This document shows, in pieces, positions 19,755-29,095 of a stretch of DNA of 35,722 nucleotides. This DNA is from Candidatus Hermodarchaeota archaeon (GTDB lineage: Archaea > Asgardarchaeota > Lokiarchaeia > Sigyniarchaeales > SOKP01): NCBI GenBank assembly GCA_048885925.1, contig JBHLLG010000015.1, positions 27,386 through 63,107 on the forward strand, written 5' to 3'. The notes below the pieces were generated by a model that saw only the letters and a list, made by a program, of their open reading frames with translations, ran no database searches and had not been told where the DNA came from. Positions within the stretch are counted from its first letter, which is position 1, and the number at the start of each line of letters is the position of its first letter. Made by a program: the position numbers and the translations under genes.

Positions 19755-21071
19755 ATGTTGGGGGATTACTGGCTCCTAATTGTAATATTTATAATTTTTG
19801 TTGTTATTTTAATCAGTTATTCATCAAAAAAATTAGATTTTGTTGCAATTTCATTATTATGTTGCTTTACGGCAGGTTTAATAACTGGTTTAGTTAAAAA
19901 TTTAACAATCGCTAATTTTATTACATATATTGAATTTGAGGCGATTATTGTTATTTTATGTATGAGTATTATTACTAAAATCGCTCAAGATTCAAATATT
20001 TTAGAATTTTTGGCAGTTAAACTATTTAAGATTTCAAAGGGTAATAGAAAGGTATTTTTTTATTTATTATGTTTTATAACAACTCTTTTAGCAGCGATAA
20101 TTAGCGATCTTGTAGTTGTTTTAATATTAGCTCCAGTAGTCATTCGATTATGTCGATTTTTAAAAATTAAAGCCGGTACATACTTATTAGGTATGACAAT
20201 ATGTATAAATATTGGATCGATTATTACACCATTTTCTAGTGGTGAAAATATTATAATCTCTACAGAATTTCGCTTAGATACTCTTTATTTCATTACATAT
20301 TATTGGATTTTTTCTTTTTTTCTTTTATTTATAACGACTTTTCTAATAGATAAATTTTTGTTAAGTAAAGAACCCCAAATCGAAGATATTCAAAAGGCTT
20401 ATGTTTTAGATTTAGTTGATGCAAAAGTAATGATTTCGAACAAAAAAATGTTTTATTTTAATAGTATTGCTATAATTATTACCATTATTTTGTTTGCAAT
20501 TTTACCATTATTATATTTAACAGCTGCATTTTCTGCATTTTTATTAGTCCTGATTAATAAAAAGTTTACTAAAAAAAAAATGAGTGAATTTTTGAAAGAT
20601 ATTGAATGGGAAATAATATTTTTCTTTATATCATTATATGTTGTAATTGGTTGTTTATTAGAAGCAGGTTTTGAAGACCTTTTTAAAGGAATTCCATTTG
20701 AAACTTTGAATCCTTTCTTAGTAAGTTTTATAATTTTGATATTGGTTAGTTTTGTATCGGGATTTGTTGCTAACACACCTACAGCATTAGTTTTTATTCC
20801 AATTGTAAATTTATTGGTGACTCCAATTCCAGACGGCTTTGGATTTCCTACAATTCCACTATTTTATGCTTTAATTATAGCAGTAAATATTGGAGGAAAT
20901 TTAATTCCTCAAGGGGCTGCATGTGATGTAATGACCTTGAAAATTGCTCAAAATAATGCTGTAGAAAATTTAGATTTTAAGAGATTGTTAAAAGTGGGTG
21001 CTACATTCGCAATAATCCATATAATTTTATCTATTGGATATTTATCGTTATTAAGCTTATTTTTTGGTTGA
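19755..21071 (+). CDS. ArsB/NhaD/SLC13 permease, divergent third paralog
   Basis: Multi-TM; INIGSIITPFSSGEN, IEWEIIFFF, VANTP and NIGGNLIPQG. Confidence 0.88.
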   Translation: MLGDYWLLIVIFIIFVVILISYSSKKLDFVAISLLCCFTAGLITGLVKNLTIANFITYIEFEAIIVILCMSIITKIAQDSNILEFLAVKLFKISKGNRKVFFYLLCFITTLLAAIISDLVVVLILAPVVIRLCRFLKIKAGTYLLGMTICINIGSIITPFSSGENIIISTEFRLDTLYFITYYWIFSFFLLFITTFLIDKFLLSKEPQIEDIQKAYVLDLVDAKVMISNKKMFYFNSIAIIITIILFAILPLLYLTAAFSAFLLVLINKKFTKKKMSEFLKDIEWEIIFFFISLYVVIGCLLEAGFEDLFKGIPFETLNPFLVSFIILILVSFVSGFVANTPTALVFIPIVNLLVTPIPDGFGFPTIPLFYALIIAVNIGGNLIPQGAACDVMTLKIAQNNAVENLDFKRLLKVGATFAIIHIILSIGYLSLLSLFFG

Positions 21072-21076
21072 TTTTT

Positions 21077-21823
21077 ATGAATCCTAAAAAGAAAATTCTT
21101 GTTGTTTTCATATTTGGACTAATTCTAATTATTACTTCAATTTCAATAGTTTTTATTATAGATTTCAATATCAAACAACAAAAAAGTATTCGAATTGACT
21201 TTAATCCAAAAGAAATGAAATTGTATCCTAATCATACGGTTTGGTTGCTTTTGGACATAAGAACTAGTAATAATGATATAATTACTAATTTATCATTGTC
21301 AATAATAACAAATATATCAATTGACCTGGAATATAAAATATGGAATAATGGTCAATTAGAAAGAATTGTTGAGATCTTTTTATGTCCAAATATTGCACAC
21401 CTTAATCAAATGATTGAGGTAGAAGCTATTGCATCCAGTAATAATATCTCTGATAAAGATCATGCTATCATTGATATAATAAACTGGTCATCAGACATTT
21501 TACCCTTAATTGAATCAATGAGAGATGAATTTGTCTCTTATTTATCAAGTAATCACCCCGAATTTAAAATTAATGAAAGTACAGTTTGGGAAGGTTTTGG
21601 TAATTCCCCCCAAATTTTAGTTGTTGAACATTATCTTTTTAAATCCGATTTCTGGGAAATGGAATTAGCTAGGCATGTAATGATTGCTCCAAATGACTGG
21701 GTGACCATCTATTTAAGACCAAGATCTAGCCTATTTCCTAATTGGTCTGGGACTATTAATTCCTGGAGTAGTGGGAATCATACTATTATAGAAATTGAAC
21801 CTCCAGAAAATATATTTCGGTAA
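21077..21823 (+). CDS. Membrane-anchored or secreted hypothetical protein
   Basis: KKK followed by a hydrophobic N-terminal helix; Asn-rich beta-type ectodomain with several NxS/T sequons. Confidence 0.75.
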   Translation: MNPKKKILVVFIFGLILIITSISIVFIIDFNIKQQKSIRIDFNPKEMKLYPNHTVWLLLDIRTSNNDIITNLSLSIITNISIDLEYKIWNNGQLERIVEIFLCPNIAHLNQMIEVEAIASSNNISDKDHAIIDIINWSSDILPLIESMRDEFVSYLSSNHPEFKINESTVWEGFGNSPQILVVEHYLFKSDFWEMELARHVMIAPNDWVTIYLRPRSSLFPNWSGTINSWSSGNHTIIEIEPPENIFR

Positions 21824-21859
21824 AAATCTAATAAAAAGTTTACCTTTTAATAAATTTGT

Positions 21860-23092
21860 TTAATGATGGTGATTCTTAACATCTTCATTAAACATATATT
21901 TAACTCCTTTCTTGAGTGGAGACATTTTTCGTAATCTTTCAATTACGCCTGGTAATTTTTTCAAAAAATAATTTACATCTTCCTCTTTAGTAAATCTACC
22001 TAATGAGACTCTTAAAGAGCCATGAGCTTCTTCAGGCTTTAAACCTATCGCTAAAAGCACATGACTTGGATCTAGGGATTTGGATGAACATGCAGAACCA
22101 GTTGATGTCGCTATTCCTTCCATATCTAAATCTAATACAATTGATTCACCTTCAATATATTTAAATCCTAGATTAACAATATTAGGAAGTCTTTTAGTGG
22201 GATGGCCATTTAAATAGCTATCTTCAATGTTTTCTGTAACCCATTTGATGATCCTGTCTCTTAATTTTATCTGTCTTTTTGCCTCTTCTTCCATTTCTTC
22301 TTTTGCTATTTCTCCTGCTTTTGCAAAACCCGCAATTCCTGGAACATTGACGGTACTCGGTCTCATCTCCCTTTCATGACCGCCTCCATACATAATTGGT
22401 TCAATAAATTTCCCCCATCCTTTTTTAACTCCTTTATTTCGAATATATAACATGCCAACACCCTTAGGACCATATAACTTATGAGCTGAAGAAGAAAGTA
22501 AATCAATATTTAACTTATTTACATCAATCGGGACTTTTCCAAATGCTTGCACTGCATCTGTGTGAAATATAACGTTATGTTCTTTTGCTATGATTCCAAT
22601 TTCTTCGATTGGTTGAATAGTTCCAATTTCATTATTAGCAAACATAATACTAATTAATATAGTTTTTTCTGTTATAACATCCTCTAATTCATTAGTATTT
22701 ATTAATCCAAAATTATTAACTGGTAGAAAGGTAGTTTTAAATCCTTTTTTCTCCAATTCTTTAAATGGACTTTCTACAGCATGATGTTCAACCGAACTCG
22801 TAATGATATGATGACCTCTATCTTTATTTTTTGATGCAACCCCAAAAATAGCTATATTATCTGCTTCTGTTCCAGACGACGTAAAAAAGATATCATCTCT
22901 ATGGGCATTAATTATTGAAGCAATGGTTTCACGTGACTTTAGTAAAATTTGACCTGCTTTTTGTCCTACTGAATGTAAACTTGAAGAATTACCATAAGTC
23001 TCTTTAAAATGTTTATTAATCTCTTCAATTACACGAGGATCCATCGGTGTAGTTGCTGCATTATCAAGGTAAATATATTTTGATGTACTCAT
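21860..23092 (-). CDS. iscS: Cysteine desulfurase IscS/NifS (class I)
   Basis: YLDNAATT, FTSSGTE, HTDAVQ, SAHK (PLP lysine) and GSACSS (catalytic Cys). Confidence 0.95.
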   Translation of the reverse strand: MSTSKYIYLDNAATTPMDPRVIEEINKHFKETYGNSSSLHSVGQKAGQILLKSRETIASIINAHRDDIFFTSSGTEADNIAIFGVASKNKDRGHHIITSSVEHHAVESPFKELEKKGFKTTFLPVNNFGLINTNELEDVITEKTILISIMFANNEIGTIQPIEEIGIIAKEHNVIFHTDAVQAFGKVPIDVNKLNIDLLSSSAHKLYGPKGVGMLYIRNKGVKKGWGKFIEPIMYGGGHEREMRPSTVNVPGIAGFAKAGEIAKEEMEEEAKRQIKLRDRIIKWVTENIEDSYLNGHPTKRLPNIVNLGFKYIEGESIVLDLDMEGIATSTGSACSSKSLDPSHVLLAIGLKPEEAHGSLRVSLGRFTKEEDVNYFLKKLPGVIERLRKMSPLKKGVKYMFNEDVKNHHH

Positions 23093-23245
23093 ATTTCATC
23101 AAGAAGTAATAATTTAAGATTACTCTAATTAAATATTTATAGTGCTTAAATTATTAATTCTTTTCATTAGATTTTATAAATAAAGCAAATTTTTCATAAA
23201 TAAAGAATTATTGAAACTTCTGTATTTATTAGTCAAGATCTTAAA

Positions 23246-23758
23246 ATGAAACAAAAAAAATCGAATAGCGATACTATTGATCTAATCGTAGTACATGAAC
23301 TTTCTGGAGTTACTCCTGAAATGATTGATTGGTGGTGGGATCATATTGATAATTCAGAACGTTATAGATTATGGCATCCTAAAGACCATAAATCATTTGA
23401 ATGGGAAGTTTCTCCTGGAATTGTGGATGGTCATGTGGGAGCAATACATCGTGTTGTTGAAATAATTGATGGAAGACCAACAACATTAAGAATTCGATGG
23501 GAAAAACCTGATTCAATACCTATAAAGGCTGTTTTTGAACATAAAAATGCTGCAAGTGTTTTGGATAATAAAGATAAACCTATTAGTTGGATTTTACATG
23601 AATATCGATCAATTCCTAATGGAACGCTATTACGATCAACATTTCGTTTACCTGCACAAATCCCAAATTCATTTATTGAAGATTTAAAAAAGCATAATAT
23701 TGAAGAAATAGGACATTTTACTGAATTTTTACCAAAATTATTCAATGAACAAGGGTGA
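23246..23758 (+). CDS. DAPG hydrolase (PhlG)-like START/Bet v1-fold protein
   Basis: GVTPEMIDWWW, RYRLWHPKDH and HNIEEIGHFTEFLP motifs. Confidence 0.7.
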   Translation: MKQKKSNSDTIDLIVVHELSGVTPEMIDWWWDHIDNSERYRLWHPKDHKSFEWEVSPGIVDGHVGAIHRVVEIIDGRPTTLRIRWEKPDSIPIKAVFEHKNAASVLDNKDKPISWILHEYRSIPNGTLLRSTFRLPAQIPNSFIEDLKKHNIEEIGHFTEFLPKLFNEQG

Positions 23759-23767
23759 TCGGAAAAT

Positions 23768-24328
23768 ATGAAACTTATATGGGGTATAACTGGAACAGGC
23801 TATGTTCTTCAAGAGTCAATTGATTTGATGAAGGAATTACAGGAGGATTTCAACATAGATTTAACTGTAATTTTATCAAAAGAAGGGGCAGCGGTTGTTA
23901 AATGGTATAAGAAATGGTTAAAATTAACTGAAGTTGTCAAAAAAGTGAAAGTAGAAAAAACTCCTAATATTCCTTTTTATGCTGGGCCTTTACAACTTGG
24001 AAATTATGATATGTTTTTAGTTTGTCCTGTTTCTGCAAATAGTGTTGCGAAGATTGTATATGGTATTGCTGATACTATTATTACCAATTGTGTAGCTCAA
24101 GCTATCAAAGGTGGGCAGACTGTCTATATTTTTCCATCAGATCAAGATAATGAACCTATTATAACCATTAGACCTGATGGGTCTCCTCTAGTTTTAAAGA
24201 TAAGAGATGTTGAACTTGAAAATATAAAGAAATTAAGAAATATGGAAGGGATCGTTGTCATTTCAGATTTTTCTGAAATAAAATCAATAATCTTGGAAAA
24301 AATTAGAGAAAGAAGCGGTAAAGCTTAA
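23768..24328 (+). CDS. Archaeal flavoprotein (AfpA/DmrX-like, HFCD flavoprotein fold)
   Basis: IWGITGTG, GNYD, PVSANSVAKIVYGIADT and FPSDQ. Confidence 0.8.
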   Translation: MKLIWGITGTGYVLQESIDLMKELQEDFNIDLTVILSKEGAAVVKWYKKWLKLTEVVKKVKVEKTPNIPFYAGPLQLGNYDMFLVCPVSANSVAKIVYGIADTIITNCVAQAIKGGQTVYIFPSDQDNEPIITIRPDGSPLVLKIRDVELENIKKLRNMEGIVVISDFSEIKSIILEKIRERSGKA

Positions 24329-24776
24329 AATTATTTTGAGTTACAAATTTTACAGGTTCAATTGCGCCCTCTGGACACATTATTGCACATTTGAGGCATC
24401 CTTGGCACTTTGCGATTTCTCCATATTTATATCTAATTCCTTCTTCCTCTCTTCCTACTTTTTTAACTATATCTTTGTAGAAAAGGTTTTTAGGACAAAA
24501 TTTTCCATTTTCATAGAGACATTGCTTACACATACTACATTTTTCATGATCAATTTTAATGCTGATGATTTGATGAGGGTTGAGTATAGAGGTGACTTCC
24601 ACTGCGTTTCTTGGACAAACTTGAACACAGTTAAGACATGCTTTGCATTTCAAATAATCAACTTTTCTAATACCATGTTCAAAATAAATAGCTTTAGCTT
24701 TACATGCTCGTAAACAGCGTTCACATCTTATACATAATTCTTGGTCAATCTGAACAGGAATAAACTTCTCCTTAAT
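24303..24776 (-). CDS. Polyferredoxin with four [4Fe-4S] motifs
   Basis: CIRCERCLRAC (upstream of the track start), CKACLNCVQVCP, CSMCKQC...CP and CQGCLKCAIMCP. Start must be non-canonical; ATT 24776 and ATT 24761 have SDs. Confidence 0.85.
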   Translation of the reverse strand: MKEKFIPVQIDQELCIRCERCLRACKAKAIYFEHGIRKVDYLKCKACLNCVQVCPRNAVEVTSILNPHQIISIKIDHEKCSMCKQCLYENGKFCPKNLFYKDIVKKVGREEEGIRYKYGEIAKCQGCLKCAIMCPEGAIEPVKFVTQNNFKLYRFFL

Positions 24777-24970
24777 AAAAATTTACCTCAGAATCTTACT
24801 TTGTTAACTTATATTTAATCTAAATAATGAAGAATTTTAAAATTGATATTTATAGATTATCAATATTCAACTAAAGATACTTACAAAAATCTTTTATTTT
24901 TTATTATTTAAATTGAAAGTATAAAATTTAATAAAAATAAGTTAAAAAATTCAAAATTAAAAGTTTATCT

Positions 24971-25792
24971 CTATTGAAAATACCCAGTGTATTCTTTTCC
25001 GGTAACAGGTCCGCCAATTTGCTTTTGTTGATATTCTTGTGCCTTTTGTGCTAACTCTAACATTTTTGCTTTAATTTCTTTCCCTTGTTCTAAAAGAGAA
25101 GTTGTATCAATATTTAATTTATAAACTTTGTTTAGTATTTCAATTATACTGGCAGCTCCTTCTGGTGTTGGTATTTCTAATACAGGAGTGAATAAAGCAT
25201 AGGCATTCAATTTATTTGTTAATGCTTCATTTAAGATAGTGGCTTCCGGACCAACTATAATTCCCTTTTCGATTTTACTAATTTCAAATTTTTCAAGAAA
25301 TTTCATCATATTCTCCTCAGCTGCATAATACACCGGATATTCTTCAATGATACCCCTTTGAGGAATTCCTTGGAAAATTACTATCTCTTTCGCCTTAATA
25401 TCATCAGATAAAGCCCAATTACATATGGTTTTAGCAAGATCATTATATGCAGTAGTAACTTGAAATGGAACTTCACACACACCAATAATTAAGTTATGTT
25501 TAGGGGAATAAAGAATTCTGAAAGGGTGCTTTAACACACCAGCATAAAAAACACTTATAGGAGGAAGATATTCACTAGTAACAAATCCAATCTCTTTTAC
25601 ATCAGGTAATTGTTCTATTAGAGTATTAGCTACAATTGGCCCAATCAATCCAATTCCAGCAAAACCTAGAATTAATGTAGAACCTTCCCGTAAATCTGTA
25701 AAATCTTCTATAATTATACTACTTTTTTTACCTTGAAATACCTGACCGAAACGATCAAGTAATTTTTCGCAAACATATTCTTTTTTTACCAT
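24971..25792 (-). CDS. PAC2-family proteasome assembly chaperone
   Basis: ILGFAGIGLIG, PPIS...HPFRI, GIIVGP, PTPEGAA and L.IDT..L.EQ; C-terminal YFQ. Confidence 0.85.
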   Translation of the reverse strand: MVKKEYVCEKLLDRFGQVFQGKKSSIIIEDFTDLREGSTLILGFAGIGLIGPIVANTLIEQLPDVKEIGFVTSEYLPPISVFYAGVLKHPFRILYSPKHNLIIGVCEVPFQVTTAYNDLAKTICNWALSDDIKAKEIVIFQGIPQRGIIEEYPVYYAAEENMMKFLEKFEISKIEKGIIVGPEATILNEALTNKLNAYALFTPVLEIPTPEGAASIIEILNKVYKLNIDTTSLLEQGKEIKAKMLELAQKAQEYQQKQIGGPVTGKEYTGYFQ

Positions 25793-26050
25793 TGCAATCA
25801 CACATTTTTAATTATTACTTTTTTTAATCACTTCTTCTTGATTTTTTTTTTTGATTTATAATAAAACCTAAGATTATAATATTAAAGGTCTTTTTTAATT
25901 TACCTAATATAATTCATTTATAGATTTAATTTTATATATTTCCTCATGAAAAAGATTTAGGAATAATTTAAATTTTTATTAAAAAGAGAATTAAATAATT
26001 TAGTTAAGGTTTCTTAACAAATTATAATAGAATTAATTTGGTGGGTCAAA

Positions 26051-26848
26051 TTGATTTTGGAAGTAAAAGATCTAACTGTACCAACATTAGACCAAAAATA
26101 TGTAATTATAAATAAAATCTCATTTGGTGTAAAGGAGGGTTCAATACATGCGATTATAGGTCCTAACGGAAGTGGTAAATCGACATTGGCATACACGATT
26201 ATGGGATTAAATAATTATAAACCTACTGAAGGAAATATATATTTTGAAGGAATTGACATAACTAATATGAGTATAACTGAACGTGCTAAGCTAGGTATAA
26301 CTTTAGCTTGGCAGGAACCCGCAAGAATTGAGGGGTTGTCAATTTTTAAATACATTTCTCTTGGTATTAAGGATAAACTTAAGGTTAAAGAAAGAATTAT
26401 TGAAGCTTTAGAAATTGTAAATTTAGAGCCTGAAAGATATATGAATCGAACCATCGATGAATCTTTAAGTGGTGGTGAGAGAAAAAGGATAGAATTGGCA
26501 GCGGCTATTGCTATGAGACCTCGATTGATTATGTTAGATGAACCTGATTCTGGCTTAGACTTCATTGTAATTGAAGATTTTTTAAATATTTTCGGAAAAA
26601 TCAAAGAGTTAAATATGACAATTTTGTTGATTACACATAGAGAAGATATCGGGATTGTAGCAGACTACGGAACTCTTATTTGGAGGGGTGATGCAATATT
26701 GACTGATGAATTTCCAAAAGTTATGGTAAAATACTGTGCTAAAGCTGGATTAAAAGAGTTCTGTAAAAGGAAATTATTTAATGGAGAAGGTATCTGTTTC
26801 GATGAGGATTATATCGATAGAATTTTTAGAGAGGAGGAAGGATTATGA
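26051..26848 (+). CDS. sufC: Fe-S assembly ABC ATPase SufC (SmsC type)
   Basis: GPNGSGKST, WQEP, LSGGERKRIE, LDEPDSG, ITH; TTG start with GGTGG SD; three C-terminal Cys. Confidence 0.9.
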   Translation: MILEVKDLTVPTLDQKYVIINKISFGVKEGSIHAIIGPNGSGKSTLAYTIMGLNNYKPTEGNIYFEGIDITNMSITERAKLGITLAWQEPARIEGLSIFKYISLGIKDKLKVKERIIEALEIVNLEPERYMNRTIDESLSGGERKRIELAAAIAMRPRLIMLDEPDSGLDFIVIEDFLNIFGKIKELNMTILLITHREDIGIVADYGTLIWRGDAILTDEFPKVMVKYCAKAGLKEFCKRKLFNGEGICFDEDYIDRIFREEEGL

Positions 26849-27807
26849 GTAATATTGATTATCCAAAAGAAATTTTAGAAAGTCTTGAAGATTATAATAT
26901 TGATATTAGAGACTTTTTACCTGGACACGGAAAGGGAGCTAAATTGCTTTTAGATTTTAACAAGATTAGTGGAGTTGAACAAGTTGAAGGTGTTCTATTG
27001 AAAGGGAGAGAAATTGAAAATGGCATTGTTGCGGATATTATTATTAAAGAAGGCACAAAGATTGAAGAACCTGTTCATTTATGTTTTGGAGTAAATAAGG
27101 AAACTGGTGTTCAAGAGATTTTTCCAAGAATAATTGCTGAAGATAATACAGAAGTAACCATACAAGCACATTGTAGTTTTCCAAAGGCAGATGGATTAAC
27201 TCATAAAATGTTTGGTCACTTCTACATTGGAAAAAATTGTAATTTTACTTATAATGAAACTCATTATCATGGTGAAAAATCAGGTGCATTGGTTGCTCCC
27301 GTTGGGTACATATATGTTGGTGAAAATAGTATCTTCGAAAACAATTTCAATCTTACAAGAGGAACACCAGGAAAAGTTAAAATTATGATTGATATTTATG
27401 CAATGAATAATAGCGTAATTAAATCCAATATTAGAGCTTTTGGAAAATCTAGAAAAGATTCGATTAGAGTTAGAGACTCAGTTTTTCTTGAGGGAGAGAA
27501 TGCTCGAAGTATTATTAAGATGAAAGCAGCAGCTAAGGATGGCGGAGAAGTATTAATGTATGGGATTACTGAGGGAAATGCTCCACGATGCAATGGTCAT
27601 GTTGAATGTAATGAGATCGTATTAGGAAAAGGTTCTATCTGCAGAGCGCGCCCATTTATTAGAGCAATAGATCCTACATCTAACGTTTCACATGAAGCTT
27701 CTTTAGGAAGATTTCCACAAAAATGGCTTGATGAACTCCAGGCAAAGGGTTTGACTGAAGAAGAGGCAACTCAAATACTAATTGAAGCAATGCTGCAAGA
27801 AGAATAA
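26845..27807 (+). CDS. sufB: SufB/SufD-family Fe-S scaffold (SmsB type)
   Basis: PVHLCFG, AHCSFP, GHVECNEIV, SHEASLG, GLTEEEA; 4-nt ATGA overlap with sufC. Confidence 0.88.
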   Translation: MSNIDYPKEILESLEDYNIDIRDFLPGHGKGAKLLLDFNKISGVEQVEGVLLKGREIENGIVADIIIKEGTKIEEPVHLCFGVNKETGVQEIFPRIIAEDNTEVTIQAHCSFPKADGLTHKMFGHFYIGKNCNFTYNETHYHGEKSGALVAPVGYIYVGENSIFENNFNLTRGTPGKVKIMIDIYAMNNSVIKSNIRAFGKSRKDSIRVRDSVFLEGENARSIIKMKAAAKDGGEVLMYGITEGNAPRCNGHVECNEIVLGKGSICRARPFIRAIDPTSNVSHEASLGRFPQKWLDELQAKGLTEEEATQILIEAMLQEE

Positions 27808-27852
27808 ATTAAATAGAATCTTATTCAAATAAATAATGAAGAGGATATTATA

Positions 27853-28497
27853 TTGAAAGAAAATACAAAATATCATAACCTACGTTTTGTAGGAAAAATA
27901 AATGTGGATGAAATCGAACCTTGGTTTGATTTTACTACAGCAAAGCCTTGGGATGATCCCGAAATCCCATGGATTCTAGATAATAAGGTAAGACGTGAAA
28001 TTTTAATAATACTTGCTGATAGTCCAAAAACATTCCAAGAGATCTTTGAACGCGTTAATTTTTCCCCCAAACCATTATTAATTACTAAAGAAGAATATAA
28101 GTGTCAAATTTCTTATCAATGGACAAAGGAAACTATTGAAAATCATCTAATGAATTTAGAATGGTATAATTTGATTAAATTGAACAAAAAAAAATATGAA
28201 TTAAATATACCGATATTCTCAAATGAAGAATTGGATAAATTAGAGAGATATATTATAAAATTTACAAATCATTGGATAAATATCATAAAGGAATTAAAAA
28301 ATGAAATTCAAGAAAAATTGGGAGGGATTGATAGTAAAACTCCATTATATGAAATTTTAATAGAGGCTGCTGTTGAAAAATTATACGAAATACTTAAAAG
28401 AGAAAAACTTCTTCCTAATAAACCTAATTTAAAAACGCTATGGGCTGAACAACTAAGAAAAATTAAATTCGAAGAATGGTTAGCAAAATATTTCTAA
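27853..28497 (+). CDS. ArsR-like winged-helix protein
   Basis: LDNKVRREILIILADSPKTFQEI...IENHLMNLEWYNLI with an insertion in the HTH; TTG start with GAGGA SD. Confidence 0.6.
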   Translation: MKENTKYHNLRFVGKINVDEIEPWFDFTTAKPWDDPEIPWILDNKVRREILIILADSPKTFQEIFERVNFSPKPLLITKEEYKCQISYQWTKETIENHLMNLEWYNLIKLNKKKYELNIPIFSNEELDKLERYIIKFTNHWINIIKELKNEIQEKLGGIDSKTPLYEILIEAAVEKLYEILKREKLLPNKPNLKTLWAEQLRKIKFEEWLAKYF

Positions 28498-28595
28498 ATA
28501 AGTTTAATATTTTAATTTAATAGCTCGTACTAAATAGTTAAATAAATAAATATTTTAAATTATATATTAAAAAAAAAGTTATAGATTTTCATAAA

Positions 28596-29090
28596 ATGAA
28601 ATTAGCTTTATTATATTTTAATACAATTACTGGACCAGAGATTTACTTTTCTCATCCTGGGTCAATTATAGAGAAAGTTGGAAAAAAAATATTAGGATTT
28701 TTTGATTTAGACATGTCAGATAATTTTTTTGAAGTTTCCTTAATTGAAGAAGATCTAAAGCTAACTAACTTGTATTTTGAAATTACTTCATGTTGGGCAC
28801 GTGGAAATAAAGAAATGTTAATGCTTTCAGTAATCACTGATAAAAATCATAAAAGTGAAGTATTTTATGATATTTTAAAAGAATATAGCTTAAAAATAAT
28901 GGCAGTCGTGAACATATATAAGGCATTTTATACAAAAGGTTATCTTAAGGAAAATGATTCTGAAATTGATAAAAAAGTTGAGGAATTACATGTACTCCTT
29001 TTGGAATGTTATGATCAATTAGGAGAAAGGTTAAAAGTTAATATATCGGATGACAAAATAATTAAAAAATTTAAGAAATTTGAATGGTAA
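28596..29090 (+). CDS. Longin/uDENN (NPR2-like) domain protein
   Basis: LLYFNTITGPEIYFSHP beta-hairpin and WARGNKEMLMLSVI resemble NPR2/uDENN longin patterns (by eye). Confidence 0.6.
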   Translation: MKLALLYFNTITGPEIYFSHPGSIIEKVGKKILGFFDLDMSDNFFEVSLIEEDLKLTNLYFEITSCWARGNKEMLMLSVITDKNHKSEVFYDILKEYSLKIMAVVNIYKAFYTKGYLKENDSEIDKKVEELHVLLLECYDQLGERLKVNISDDKIIKKFKKFEW

Positions 29091-29095
29091 TTAAT

